Shown piece after piece: positions 35,877-52,333 of a DNA stretch of 64,000 bases. The stretch is taken from NCBI GenBank assembly GCA_964016885.1, contig OZ024742.1:218116001-218180000 (forward strand), in the 5' to 3' direction. The notes below the pieces were generated by a model that saw only the letters and a program-made list of their open reading frames with translations, made no database searches and was not told the origin of the DNA. Within the stretch, counting starts at the first letter, position 1; each line of letters begins with the position of its first letter. The stretch comes from Eledone cirrhosa. Lineage: Eukaryota. Both the position numbers and the translations under genes were made by a program.

Positions 35877-37169
35877 GTGCGTGCGTGTATGTGTGTGTGC
35901 ATGATGTTGCAATACTATACATTACACCTTGTGGTATGGTGATTCCGCCAACCTATTGATATCTTAACTCTTGGGTTTTGAACTTAAATTTAAATTTGTT
36001 CAAACTTCCTGTCTGAGTGCTTCCCTTGAAGAGGCAAATGAATTACTTCGCTTTTCTCGTCTCTTTTGAACGACACAGAAATATCACTACCTTCATTGTG
36101 GTGGCAGACACACGAAGGAGAGCTGGTGGGTTTCAACATGGTGTATACAGGAAGAAATGTCTTATTTTCCCCCCTGTGTTTTACCGGACAAAACCAACTG
36201 AAGAGCCATTGCCGGTTTCGGGTGTTACAATTGAGTGTTGGAATATACACATATTTACGTAATTATTCTTAACAGTCCGGTTTATGGTGAAACTGGCGCT
36301 AGTTTGGGTAATTATCAGCGTTTTGTTGGGGCTGAGGTGGGGTGTTTTTACTGACACCCGATTATCACTTGTTTAATTGTATTAATTTTTGTTGATGACC
36401 ATAATCAATTTGTGGATATTGTGGATATATCGATAATGTTGATGCCTTTATTGAATGATTTGATAATCGTTAAGTCGCTGATCATATTGAACTTTTGTTG
36501 ATTGCCCTGAAGAATTTGTTTTTGCCGCCTGACTATCGAATTCCGTAAAGATATAATCTGTAACTGATTAATCCCAGTTAGCCACGATTAGAACAATGAG
36601 TGGCACGATGTTGTAGTACCATACGCTGCGTGAGTTACCTCGTAGTAATGTGAATTCGTCAACCTATTAATATCTTAACTATAATAAAGAAAGGAGTGCG
36701 GGACTGCGTCCAGTATATATTTTTTTTTACCCCGTTTGTAAAATAAGTTGGATTACTTTGAATAAATAATGAATGAATATTACATAATCTATGTGCTAAA
36801 TTTCGGGGCTGTTGATTAAATATATTTTATATCTTATTTAAAGATTCACTTCTTTAAAATTTTCAAATGTCAACACTTCCGGTTAGCGGCCGTTATATTA
36901 TAACACTTATAAAAATATCGCATATATTTCCGTCGCTAATTTTCTCCTAATGCAGTTTATATATAATATCGTTTTTTTTAAATGCATCATGGATTACTTT
37001 ACTGATTACATAAGACAGTGTAACAGACTTTGTTTCAAATTCTCTGTATATTGTCAATTACGATTTTATTTGATGTATCATATTTACATGCATATATATT
37101 TGTGTATAATATCAATATACACACAACACATGCTAGCAGAAAACCACCCGAAGAGTGGTTTTCTGCTAG

Positions 37170-37566
37170 TACGAGGGCAATCCCAAAAGTAAGGTCTCCT
37201 TCCGATATTGCAACTTTTCCGTTAAAATCCTGTGGATGGTGCTTCGGGAAACCTCAGGAACCAAAATGCAGAGAGCATCCAGAGTGATCCGCCGATCTTT
37301 ACTCATGTTTTCCTCGGAAGGAGACCTTACTTTTGGGATTGCCCTCGTAATAATAACTGCGCAAAATTCGCAATTGGCGGTAGCGTTCAACGGGAGCTCC
37401 ATTCTCAACGGCTGCCAAGCCAAGATTGAGCATCCCGGCGAAGCGCGCGCATGCTTGTTTGGGAGTGAAGGAAGCACCAATCACAACAGTGTTGCCAACA
37501 GCCGTACAAACAGTTTCTCTGCGTCCACATCGCTTTGGAGACCTTACTTTTGGGATTACCCTCGTA
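37170..37566 (-). mobile_element. Mariner-derived MITE with three TIR copies
   Basis: TA-CGAGGGCAATCCCAAAAGTAAGGTCTCC at 37170-37199, inverted at 37320-37349 and 37537-37566; internal DRRITLDALC..VSRSTIHRILTEKLQYRK is a mariner HTH remnant. Confidence 0.88.
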
Positions 37567-37779
37567 TATCTAAGTATGCTTTTTTAGGTACGACGGTGTA
37601 ATATATTATGTTGCGTTGTGTTGTATTAAGTTGTTATATTGTTTGAGCTGTGTTGTATTACGTTGTGTCCGTAACCAAGATATTTAACATCAGATCATAA
37701 TGATTTACGGTTCAATTTTGATCCGAACGAGTATTGATAGATATTAGAGTGTAGATAAAAATTGTAGAGGTTGTTAGTT

Positions 37780-38715
37780 GTGGAGGATGTTAATTGTGGG
37801 GGGGTGTTAGTTGTGGAGGGTGGTAGTTGTGGAGGGTGGTAGATGTGGAGGGTGGTAGATGTGGAGGGTAGAGGCTGGTAGTTGTGGAGGGTGGTAGTTG
37901 TGGAGGGTGGTAGTTGTGGAGGGTGGTAGATGTGGAGGGTGGTAGATGTGGAGGGTAGAGGCTGGTAGTTGTGGAGGGTGATAGTTGTGGAGGGTGGTAG
38001 TTGTGGAGGGTGGAGGGTGGTAGTTGTGGAGGGTAGAGGCTGGTAGTTGTGGAGGGTGGTAGTTGTGGAGGGTGGTAGTTGTGGAGGGTGGTAGTTGTGG
38101 AGGGCGGAGGGTGGTAGTTGTGGATGGTGGTAGTTGTGGAGGGTGGTAGTTGTGGATGGTGGTAGTTGTGGAGGGTGGTAGTTGTGGATGGTGGTAGTTG
38201 TGGAGGGTGGAGGGTGGTAGTTGTGGAGGGTGGTAGTTGTGGAGGGTGGTAGTTGTGGATGGTGGTAGTTGTGGAGGGTGGTAGTTGTGGATGGTGGTAG
38301 TTGTGGAGGGTGGAGGGTGGTAGTTGTGGAGGGTGGTAGTTGTGGAGGGTGGAGGCTGGTAGATGTGGAGGGTGGTAGTTGTGGAGGGTGGTAGTTGTGG
38401 ATGGTGGTAGTTGTGGAGGGTGGAGGCTGGTAGATGTGGAGGGTGGTAGTTGTGGATGGTGGAGGGTGGTAGTTGTGGAGGGTGGTAGTTGTGAAGGGTG
38501 GTAGTTGTGGGGGGTGGTAGTTGTGGAGGGTGGTAGTTGTGGAGGGTGGTAGTTGTGGGGGGTGGTAGCTGTGGAGGGTGGTAGTTGTGGAGGGTGGTAG
38601 ATGTGGAGGGTGGAGGCTGGTAGATGTGGAGGGTGGTAGTTGTGGAGGGTGATAGTTGTGGGGTAGTAGTTGTGGAGGGTGGTAGTTGTGGAGGGTGGAG
38701 GGTGGTAGTTGTGGA
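37780..38715. repeat. 15-bp minisatellite (GGAGGGTGGTAGTTGT-like)
   Basis: Direct reading. Confidence 0.95.
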
Positions 38716-38809
38716 AGATAGCGGTTGTGAAGGGTGGCACTTCTGTCGTGTCAGTGGTGGAGTGTATTAGTTGTAGTGGATAGTCGTTATGGAAGATGGC
38801 ACTTCTGAT

Positions 38810-38993
38810 GAGGGTTGGCAGTATTGGTAGAGGGTCGGACGCCATGCTTTCACGCATAGAATTACGCCCCTTTCCATTCTGAGTTCAAATCCCGCCGAGG
38901 TTAACTTTGCCTTTCATCCTTACGGGGTCGATAAAATAAAGTACCAGTAATGCACTGGGGTATTTACTGGCCTTGTGCCAAAAGTAGAAACAG
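38810..38993 (+). mobile_element. SINE family A
   Basis: Family body. Confidence 0.88.
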
Positions 38994-39369
38994 TTATGGA
39001 GTGTATTAGTTGTGCAAGGTGTTAGTTAAGTAGTGGTCGTGGTTGGGGTAGAGCAGTTTTTGAGGATGACAATTCTGTTGCCTACTTTCCCTTTATTTTC
39101 CATATCCTTTTTCTTCCCACCACTACCACCACCAATAGAAGGGAAAAAGGGTGAGAGAACTACTCCAAAAAATATTAAATAAAAAAGGTAACAGTTGAAA
39201 CACATGTTACATCGGCATTATGTTAAAAATGACGGTAATTTTCAACATGGCGCCGATGTAACATACACGCTTTTCATAATTTTTGCCCAATTTTCTACTG
39301 TGAATCTGAGATTCGTAACCCAGCATTTGTAGTATCTTTGATAGTTTTGATTGTGTGATGTCAGAGTAG

Positions 39370-39900
39370 TCATGGTCTAATATTAGAGATACCAGAGTTG
39401 ATAGAGGGGTTGGGTCAAATTCTAACTTTAGACTACACCACCGTTGATAGAGTGGTCATGGTCTAACTTTAGACCACACCACCGTTGATAGAGTGGTCAT
39501 GGTCTAACTTTAGACCACACCACAGTTGATAGAGTGGTCATGGTCTAACTTTAGACCACACCACTGTTGATAGATTGATCATAGTCTAACTATTGACTAC
39601 ACCACAGTTGATAGAGTGGTTATGGTCTAACTTTAGACCACACCACTGTTGATAGATTGATCATAGTCTAACTATTGACTACACCACAGTTGATAGAGTG
39701 GTTATGGTCTAACTTTAGACCACACCAATGTTGATAGAAGGGTAAAGGTCTAACTTAGACCACACCAATGTTGATAGAGCGGTTTTGGTCTAACTTTAGA
39801 CCACACCAATGTTGATAGAGTGGTCCTAGTCTAACTTTAGACCACACCAATGTTGATAGAGTAGTCATAATCTTACTTTAGACCACACCACAGTTGATAT
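39370..39900. repeat. ~39-bp minisatellite with internal hairpin (tggtctaa-ct-ttagacca), ~13 copies
   Basis: gttgatagagtggtcatggtctaactttagaccacaccac repeated. Confidence 0.92.
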
Positions 39901-40669
39901 AATTATGTGCCACATAATTAGCCTAATGATATGGCTGACCTAAGATGGCGGTGGTTGTGACAAAGGCCGAATCTCAACATTAGTATGCATACTAATGACC
40001 TAACTTTAGTACTCAGTTGATTCTCTGTGGATTGTCAGTCGAGAATAAGATACTGAGGTACGATTCCAATCTTCAGCTAAAGTAATTGACTTCATTAACG
40101 CATTCAATGGTTCAGAAGAAAGGCATCAACGTCACAACATCCCGTCAATCTTCCTTAAAACTCTCTACGACTTCTAACTTGATAGGAATCCAATTTCTTA
40201 TGTTTTACGCAAACGTTTGCAATGTCTTAATGTCTTTAAGTGATTGCTTGGATGGATGTGTGAGTGTGTGTATGCATACGTCTACGTGTGTGTGTGGGGG
40301 GGGGGGATACATTTATGTGTGTGTGTGTTTATATGTATCTAGTGAGCGTTTGTAAATACGTACGAATGCGTGCATGAGTGTGTATAAATGTGTATGTATG
40401 TGTAAATGATGTTTTATGTGAGAGTTTTTATGTATGTGTGTGTATAAATCTGTGTTTGTGTATGCCTTTGTTTGTGTGCGTATGTATGTGTGTGTGTGTA
40501 AATGCGTGAGTGTGTGCAGATGTATGTGCATATGTAGATGCGCGTGGTGGGGTCCAATCTAATTGCGACCACCGGGTCTGTTGGATAGCAAGCTCCTGCT
40601 GTTTGTTGTATCATGTCCCACAGAAGAAAACCACATTGGATTCAAATAGAAGAAACAACCCGAGAGCTA

Positions 40670-41440
40670 ACCACCAAACCAGCCAGCCAACTAGCCAGCC
40701 AACCAGCCAACTAGCCAGCCAACTAGCCAGCCAACCAGCCAACTAGCCAGCCAACTAGCCAGCAAGCCAGCCAACAAGCCAGCCAACTAGCCAGCCAACC
40801 AGCCAACTAGCCAGCCAACTAGCCAGCAAGCCAGCCAACTAGCCAGCCAACTAGCCAGCTAGCCAGCCAAATAGCCAGCCAATTAGCCAGTAAGCCAGCC
40901 AACCAACCAGCCAGCCAACTAGCCAGCCAACAAGCCAGCCAACGAGTCAGCCAACTAGCCAGCCAGCTAGCCAGCCAACTAGCCAGCCTACTAGCCAGTA
41001 AGCCAGCCAACCAACCAGTCAGCTAACTAGTCAGCCAACCAACTAGCCAGTAAGCCAGCCAACCAACCAGCCAGCCAACTATCCAGCCAACAAGTCAGCC
41101 AACTAGCCAGCCAACAAGCCAGCCAACAAGTCAGCCAACTAGCCAGCCAGTAAGCCAGCCAACTAACCAGCTAGCCAACTATCCAGCCAACAAGTCAGCC
41201 AACTATCCAGCCAACTATCCAGCCAACTATCCAGCCAACTATCCAGCCAACTATCCAGCCAACTATCCAGCCAACTATCCAGCCAACTAGCCAGCAAGAC
41301 AGCCAACTAGCCAGCCAACTAGACAGCCAACTAGCCAGCCAACTAGCCAGCAAGACAGCCAACTAGCCAGCCAACTAGCCGGCCAACTAGCAAGCCAGCC
41401 AACTAGCCAGCAAGCCAGCAAACCAAGCATCCGGCCAGCC
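40670..41440. repeat. (AGCCAGCCAACT)n 12-mer repeat
   Basis: Direct reading. Confidence 0.95.
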
Positions 41441-41653
41441 TACCGGATAGTCACACTAACAACACCAGCAACAGCAACAGCAGTAGTATTAGTATTAGTA
41501 GTATAAGTAGTAGTAGTAGTAGTATAAGTAATAGTAGTATTAATATTATGACAATAATCTTGAGGTTGTATGTAGGTTGTTGCCGTCACCACCACCACCA
41601 CCGCCACAACCTCCACTCTCTCTACCACCACTGCCACCACCACCACCACCACC

Positions 41654-41747
<94 letters not shown>

Positions 41748-42074
41748 TGTATTTCCTCCTGTATTCCACCAAATCTTTCTGCACCGTCCTTTGACGTGCT
41801 TTCCATTTGACCATCAAAATAACACACACACACACGCATGCACAGACACACACACACACGCGCGCGCGCACACACACAAACACATTACACACCTCACTCG
41901 TATATATAACAACACACACCGAGTTTCTCATTCATAAATCCATGGCCAACACAGCCATCACATGACACTAGAACTTGTCGCACGCATGCACACATACAGA
42001 TACAGATTCTAATTAATACATATAAGTATACTTCTTCACACAGAAGCACATTCACAGGCACCTATACCCCCGTG

Positions 42075-45000
42075 TTATACCACACGGCACCCTACACCAC
42101 ACAACACATCACATTATATTACACACCACACCACATCCCCACTTCACAAAACACACCACACCACGTAACATATACACACTACACAACATACAGCACCATA
42201 CCACACAATACATACACACTACACAACACACAACAGCATACTATACATTCACAACACATACCACACCACACCACACATCACAACACACCACACCACATAC
42301 CACACCACACCACACATCACAACACACCACACCACGTACCACACCACACCACACATCACATTATATTACACACCACACCACGTCACACCAGATACCACAC
42401 CACACCGCACATCACAACACACCACGTCACACCACATACCACACCACACCACACCACACCACACCACACCACACATCACAACACACTACACCACGTCACA
42501 CCACATACCACCTACACACACCACACATCACAACACACTACACCACGTCACACCACATAACACACCACACCATACATCACAGCACAGCACGCCACACGAC
42601 ACCACACGACACCACACAGCACAACACACCACACCACGTCACACCACACACATCACAACACACCACATCACGTCACACCACATAACACACCACACCACAC
42701 CACACATCACAACACACCACGCCAAACCACATACCACACCACATACCACACCACATACCACACCACATCACACATAACAACACACCACGCCACGTCACAC
42801 CAGATACCACACCACACCACACATCACAACACACCACATCACACCACACAACACAACGAACCACGCCACACCACATATCACACCACACCACACCACACAT
42901 CACACCACACCACACCACATCACACATCACAACACACCATGCTACGTCACACCACATTCCACACCACACCACACATCACAACACACCACACCACGTCACA
43001 CCACACATCACAACACACCACATTCCACACCACACCACACATCACAACACATCACACCACACCACATCACACATCACAACACACCATGCTACGTCACACC
43101 ACATTCCACACCACACATCACAACACACCACACCACGTCACACCACACATCACAACACACCACATTCCACACCACACCACACATCACAACACATCACACC
43201 ACACCACATCACACATCACAACACACCATGCTACGTCACACCACATTCCACACCACACCACACATCACAACACACCACACCACACCACATCACACACCAC
43301 ACCACACCACACCACACACCACACCACACCACACACCACACCACACCACATTCCACACCACACCACACATCACAACACACCACACCACGTCACACCACAC
43401 CACACATGACAACACACCACACCACACCACATCACATACCACACCACACCACACCACATCACATACCACACCACACATCACAACACACCACACCACACCA
43501 CATCACATTCCACACCACACCACACATCACAACACACCACACCACGTCACACCACATACCACACCACACTACACATCACAACACACCACACCACGTCACA
43601 TCACATACCACACCACACCACACATCACAACACACCACACCACACCACATCACATACCACACCACACCACACATCACAACACACCACACCACACCACATC
43701 ACATACCACACCACACTACACATCACAACACACCACACCACACCACATCACATACCACACCACACCACACATCACAACACACCACACCACACCACATCAC
43801 ATACCACACCACACCACACATCACAACACACCACACCACATCTCATTCTACACCACACCACACATCACAACACACCACACCACGTCACACCACACATCAC
43901 AACACACCACATTCCACACCACACCACACATCACAACACATCACACCACACCACATCACACATCACAACACACCATGCTACGTCACACCACATTCCACAC
44001 CACACATCACACCACACCACACCACGTCACACCACACATCACAACACACCACATTCCACACCACACCACACATCACAACACATCACACCACACCACATCA
44101 CACATCACAACACACCATGCTACGTCACACCACATTCCACACCACACCACACATCACAACACACCACACCACACCACATCACACACCACACCACACCACA
44201 CCACACCACACACCACACCACACCACATTCCACACCACACCACACATCACAACACACCACACCACGTCACACCACATACCACACCACACCACACATGACA
44301 ACACACCACACCACACCACATCACATACCACACCACACCACACCACATCACATACCACACCACACATCACAACACACCACACCACACCACATCACATTCC
44401 ACACCACACCACACATCACAACACACCACACCACGTCACACCACATACCACACCACACTACACATCACAACACACCACACCACGTCACATCACATACCAC
44501 ACCACACCACACATCACAACACACCACACCACACCACATCACATACCACACCACACCACACATCACAACACACCACACCACATCACATACCACACCACAC
44601 TACACATCACAACACACCACACCACACCACATCACATACCACACCACACCACACATCACAACACACCACACCACACCACATCACATACCACACCACACCA
44701 CACATCACAACACACCACACCACATCTCATTCTACACCACACCACACATCACAACACACCACACCACGTCACACCACATACCACACCACACCACACATCA
44801 CAACACACCACACCACACCACATCACATACCACACCACACCACACATCACAACACACCACACCACACCACATCACATACCACACCACACCACACATCACA
44901 ACACACCACACCACACCACATCACATACCACACCACACATCACAACACACCACATCACGTCACATCACATACCACACCACACATCACAACACACCACACC

Positions 45001-48000
45001 ACACCACATCACATACCACACCACACCACACATCACAACACACCACACCACACCACATCACATACCACACCACATCACACATCACAACACACCACACCAC
45101 GTTACACCACATACCACACCACACTACACATCACAACACACCACACCACACCACATCACATACCACACCACACCACACATCACAACACACCACACCACAC
45201 CACATCACACCACACCACACCACACATCACAACACACCACACCACACCACATCACATACCACACCACACATCACAACACACCACACCACACCACACCACA
45301 TCACATTCCACACCACACCACACATCACAACACACCACACCACGTCACACCACATACCACACCACACATCACAACACACCACACCACATCTCATTCTACA
45401 CCACACCACACATCACAACACACCACACCACGTCGCACCAGATACCACACCACACCACGTCGCACCAGATACCACACCACACCACACCACACATCACAAC
45501 ACACCACACCACACCACATCACATACCACACCACACCACACATCACAACACACCACACCACACCACATCACATTCCACACCACACCACACATCACAACAC
45601 ACCGCACCACGTCACACCACATACCACACCACACATCACAACACACCACACCACATCTCATTCCACACCACACCACACATCACAACACACCACACCACGT
45701 CGCACCACATACCACACCACACCTTACCACACACCATATCACACATAACACCATACCACACACCACACCATACCATACACCACACCATACCACACACTAC
45801 ACCATACACCCACCACACCATACACACCACAGCATACCACACACCACACCATACACCCACCACACCATACACCCACCACAGCATACCACACACGACACCA
45901 TACCACACACCACACCCACCACAGCATACCACACACGACATCATACAGCCACCACAGCATACCACACACCACACCATACCACACACCACGCAATACCACA
46001 CACGACACCATACACCCACCACACCATACACCCACCACACCATACACCCTCGACACCATACCACCTACCGCAACATACCACACACCACAACATATCACCC
46101 ACCACACCATACCACACACCACACCATACACCCACCACAGCATACCACACACCACACACCACATAATACCACACACCACACCATACACCCACCAAACCAT
46201 ACACCCGCCACACCATACCACCTACCACAACATACCACACACCACACCATATCACCCACCACATCATACCATAGCACACATCTCATACAACACCACCCAC
46301 CACACTACACACACCACACACCACACCACACACCACCTCACCCCCACAAAACACACCACCACCAAACCACGCACCACCACATCACCACACACCACACCAC
46401 CACACCACCACGCCACACACCACCACACACCACCCCCACACACCACCTCACCCCCACACCACACACCACCACCAAACCACACACCACCACACCACCACAC
46501 CACCACACACCACACACCACACCACCACACCACCACACCACCACGCCACACACCACCACACCACACACCACCACCACACCTCACACCACCTCACCCCACA
46601 CCACCACACCACCACACCACCATACCACACACCACCCCACCACCTTACCACACACCACCACTCCACGCACCACCATACGACACCAAAAACCACACACCAC
46701 CTTACCCCTACGCCACACACCACCACACTACCACACCACCACATTACACACCACCACACCACGCACCACACACCACCACTCCACGTACCACCATACGACC
46801 CCCCACACACACACACCACCACCACACACCACCACACCCCCATACCACAGACCACTCCCACACCACACACCACCTCACCACCACACACCACCACATCACA
46901 CACCACCATACCACAGCACGCACCACATCATAACACCTTACCGCATAACACAACACTATACCACCACACATCCGACATAGCACCGCACCGCACCACACCA
47001 CAACACCATACCACTCCAACATACCCCCCTCCCCATCACTACATTATACCACCCACCCAACTATACCACCCATCCACCCCACTGTACCGCCCATCCACCC
47101 CACTGTACCACCCATCCACGCCACTGTATCACCCATCCACCCCATTCTACCACCATTCCACCCCACTATACCATCCATCCACCCCACTGTACCACCCTAC
47201 CACCCAACTCTACCACCAATCCACCCCACTCTACCACCAATCCACCCCACTCTGCCACCAATCCACCCCACTCTACCACCCATCCACCCCACTATACCAT
47301 CCATCCACTCAACTGTACCACCCTACCACCCAACTCTACTACCAATCCACCCCACTCTACCACCAATCCGCCATACTCTACCACCCATCCACCCCACTCT
47401 ACCACCAATCCACCCCACTCTACCACCAATCCACCCCACTTACCACCCATCCACCCCACTCTACCACCAAACCACCCCACTCTACCGCTCATCCACCCAT
47501 CCACCCCACTATACCACCTATCCACCCCACTCTACCACCAAACCACTCATCCACCCATCCACCCCACTATACCACCCATCCACCACACTCTACCACCAAT
47601 CCACCCCACTATACCACCCATCCACCTCACTCTACCACCCAACTCTACCACCCATCCACCCCACTCTACCACCCATCCACCCCACTCTACCACCAATCCA
47701 CCCCACTTTACCACCCATCCACCCCACTATATCACCCATCCACCCACTCTACCACCCATCCACCCCACTCTACCACCCATCCATCCCACTATATCACCCA
47801 TCCACCCCACTCTACCACCCATCCACTCACTCTACCACCAATCCACTCACTCTACCACCCATCCACCCCACTCTACCACCCATCCACCCCCACTCAACCA
47901 CCCATCCACCCCACTCTACCACCCATCACATCTGACAGTTCACGTCCGCCATCTTTGGTTTCTTTCGAAAGTTTTTGTAAAATGCCAGATGAGATGTTAG

Positions 48001-49460
48001 CCCCCCACAGAAGGCGAGGGTACTGTAAGGGATCTCCCCGACCCCCTCACAGTCCAGTGTAGCGAGGGTGGAGGGGCTGGGGCAGAAATAGACCCACCCA
48101 GTACTTCACGGGTATTTTATTTATTGACTCCAGAAAAATAACAAGCAATGTTTTGACCTCGGCGAGGTTTGAACTCAGATCGCAAAAAGGCGGGTACAAT
48201 TAACACACCATACCACATCATACACACCACATAACACAACACCACAGCGTAAATACCGCACCACACACACAACACCACACCACACAACACCACAGCGTAC
48301 ATACCGCACCACACGCCACACAACACCACAGCGTACATACCACACCACACGCCACACAACACCACAGCGTACATACCACACCACACACCACACAACATAC
48401 CACACGACAACAAATCGTACATACCACACCACACATCTCACAACACTACACCACACACCACACCACACAACACCACAGCGTACATACCACACCACACATC
48501 ACAACACCACACCACATACCACACAACACCACACCACACACCACACAACGCCACATCGTACATAGCACACCACACACCACACAACACCACATCACATACC
48601 ACACAACGCCACATCGTACATACCACACCATACACCACACAACACCACATACACATACCACACAACACCACACCACACAACGCCACATCGTACATAGCAC
48701 ACCACACACCATACAACACCACATACCACACAACACCACATCGTACATAGCACACCACCACAGCGTACATACCACACCACACACCACACAACACCACACT
48801 ACACCACAACTACCACAGCGTACATACCACACCACACAACACCACAGCGTACATACCACACCACACAACACCACACCACAGCGTACATCCCACACCACAC
48901 ACCACACAACACCACCCCACATACCACACAACAACACATCGTACATACCACACCACACACCACACAACACTACACCACATACCACATACCACACACCACA
49001 CAACACCACACCACAGCGTACATACCACACACCACACAACACTACAGCGTACATACCACACCACACACCACTCAACACCACAGCGTACATACCACACACC
49101 ACACAACACCACACCACATACCACACAACGCACGCACGCATACACGAACGCATACACTAGCACAGATGCAAACACGCAAACGAAAATACACACTAGCAGA
49201 GAAGCAAACACACACACACAACACAACACAACACACACACACACACAGACACAAACACACACATACCACTATTCACCACATAGATATCCACACCATATTC
49301 CAAGACACACACACACACACACACCACACCACACAGCACCACACACCGCACACCACACACCACACACCACATACCACACTATACCATACCATACCACACA
49401 CTACACTACACCACATCTAAACTACGCAACACCACCACCACACTACCGACATCACCACCA
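42075..49460. repeat. Complex (CACAC)n-derived C/A-rich satellite field, including a 21-mer array at 47040-47925
   Basis: Direct reading; higher-order duplication with 889-bp offset. Confidence 0.95.
48095..48190 (-). mobile_element. Diverged SINE family A fragment
   Basis: ttgacctcggcgaggtttgaactcaga. Confidence 0.7.
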
Positions 49461-49882
49461 CACATTTAGACGCCACATGAGGCTGGATACAGAATACAGA
49501 ACAGTGTTCAACCTCTCTCTCTCTCTCTCTCTCTCTTACCACCATATCAACTCGATGAAACATCTGTTCCCGACCGATGAACACTCCTACAGCCCGACAC
49601 TACCATACACCTCACTCTATATAGCCAGCCTGCTTAAACTAACATTCACAACACACCCGTCACCTCCCGTTACCTCCCGGTCTCTTCCGTTCTCTTCCGT
49701 CATCTCTAGTCTTTCCTCTCTTTCGTTCGTTCTCTCTTATATTTATTTATATATTTATTTATATATTTATTTATATATTTATTTATTTATTTATTTATTT
49801 ATTTATTTTTTTCTATTCCTTTAACGTTTTCTTGCACTAAAAAGAAGCACACACAAATCTACACACTCAACATTACATACAC

Positions 49883-49913
<31 letters not shown>

Positions 49914-49950
49914 GTGTGTGTGTGTCAGTATGTATATATGTTTGTGTATA

Positions 49951-50008
<58 letters not shown>

Positions 50009-50314
50009 AACATATATACATACTGACACACACACACACACATCTACATTTGTGTGTGTGTCTGTGTGTGTGTATGTATGTATTTATATGTGTGTGTGTG
50101 TGTGTATGTATGTGTTTATATACGTGAGTGTGAGTATGTATATGTATATATATATAGGAACACGCTAATACAGAAACATAATTACAGAACACATATATAC
50201 ACTCCCATACGAGATAGTTATACACACCAAATACTGACAGATGCTGAACTGATATATATATAACCACTACTGTAGACACACTCAGTTTATCACAATTTAT
50301 CAACTGTGTGTGTG

Positions 50315-50818
50315 TACATACATACATACATACATACATACATACATACATACATACATACATAATACATACATGGATACGTACATACATACATATATAT
50401 ATATATACATGGATACATACATACATACATATATACATATATACATATATACATATATATATACATATGTATATATATACATACATACATATATACATAT
50501 ATACATATATACATGTATACATATATACATACATATATACATACATATATACATGGATACATACATACATACATACATACATACATACATACATACATAC
50601 ATACAAACATGGATACATACATACATAATATATATATACATGGATACATACATGGATACATACATACATATATACATATATACATATATACATATATACA
50701 TATATATATACATACGTATATACATATATATATATACATACATACATATATACATATATACATATATACATGTATACATATATACATACATATATACATA
50801 CATATATACATGGATACA

Positions 50819-50880
<62 letters not shown>

Positions 50881-51272
50881 CATACATACGTACGTACATA
50901 CATACATATATACATACATACATACATACATACATACATACTTACATATATACAGATGGATACATACATATATACATACATATATACATGGATACATACA
51001 TACATACATACATACATACATACATACATACATACATACATACATACATACATACATACAAACATGGATACATACATAATATATATATACATGGATACAT
51101 ACATGGATACATACATACATATATACATATATACATATATACATATATATATACATACGTATATACATATATATATATATACATACATACATATATACAT
51201 ATATACATATATACATGTATACATATATACATACATACATACATACATACATACATACATACATACATACAT
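50315..51272. repeat. Expanded (CATA)n tail with higher-order repeats
   Basis: Direct reading; it is the tail of the minus-strand RTE-derived element. Confidence 0.92.
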
Positions 51273-51816
51273 GGTGGTTGCCAACTCGTTTTCGAGTACG
51301 GCCACTACTTTATATCCATGTAGGAGAACCCCTACCGATGCGCTGAACGAGTGTGACTTTTTAGTCCAGCCAGCGACTTGAAAACTCTGGTACAAACACT
51401 ACACATGTGACAATTATTGACACAGTGCTGGGCCCATTGTACCATGTTACAACAAGTGCAGAGAGATCTCCAGATATAAAGCAATGCCTGTGCCGTGAAG
51501 CTTTTATAGTGAGCAAAGGCACTGCACAAAGCCAGTCCCACTCTCTTAACCAAGATAATATTTACCAAAAAGAAGAACAAGTCAACATCATTGGATACCA
51601 TCAGGGTTGCACGTGTTATATCAGAGTTTTCCTTCTCTTAGAATTCTGCCTTGACTAAGGCTAAGGGGTCATTTCTCCCGGTGATTTTGGATGGCCATTG
51701 ACTCTTAAGAGCTCCTTTGCCCTATGACAGGTTTTGTTTTTAGTCCTGCAGGATGTCCAAAGTCACCCTCCTCACCAAGAAACCTTGGTGGGGTTGCCAG
51801 TTTAGTCGCCAACGAC
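51273..51816 (-). mobile_element. RTE-derived non-autonomous retroposon (copy of ~21770-22314)
   Basis: Near-identical reverse complement; a second short 3' end of the related family lies at 51870-51910. Confidence 0.88.
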
Positions 51817-52137
51817 TACATACATACATACATACATACATACATACATACATACATACATACATACATGATGGCTGCCCCCTCGTTATCAAGTATGGCC
51901 ATTGCACGAGAAAAAAAAATATATATACATACATACATGCATGGATACATACACACATATATACATAGATATATACATACATGCATACATATATACATAC
52001 ATGCATACACACACGCACACACACACACACACATACATATATGTATGTATGTATTTACACACACAGAAGCAACATACATGTATTTATGTACTGTTTGAGT
52101 ATGATATATGTATACGTATATATATTACACACACACA

Positions 52138-52174
<37 letters not shown>

Positions 52175-52217
52175 CGGAAGCACTTATATACATACATACA
52201 GACATTCATACATACAC

Positions 52218-52333
<116 letters not shown>

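Noticed and set aside
37780-38715. Telomere-like G-rich array
   Set aside because: Unit is not TTAGGG and the array is interstitial.
39370-39900. CRISPR-like array
   Set aside because: Palindromic repeats are contiguous without unique spacers; eukaryotic context with no cas genes.
42072-46166. His/Thr/Pro-rich ORFs up to 780 aa
   Set aside because: Translation of (CACAC)n satellite, which lacks stop codons by composition.
47945-47960. YY1-like CCGCCATCTT motif as a promoter
   Set aside because: Isolated short motif, also present within repeats; no supporting gene context.
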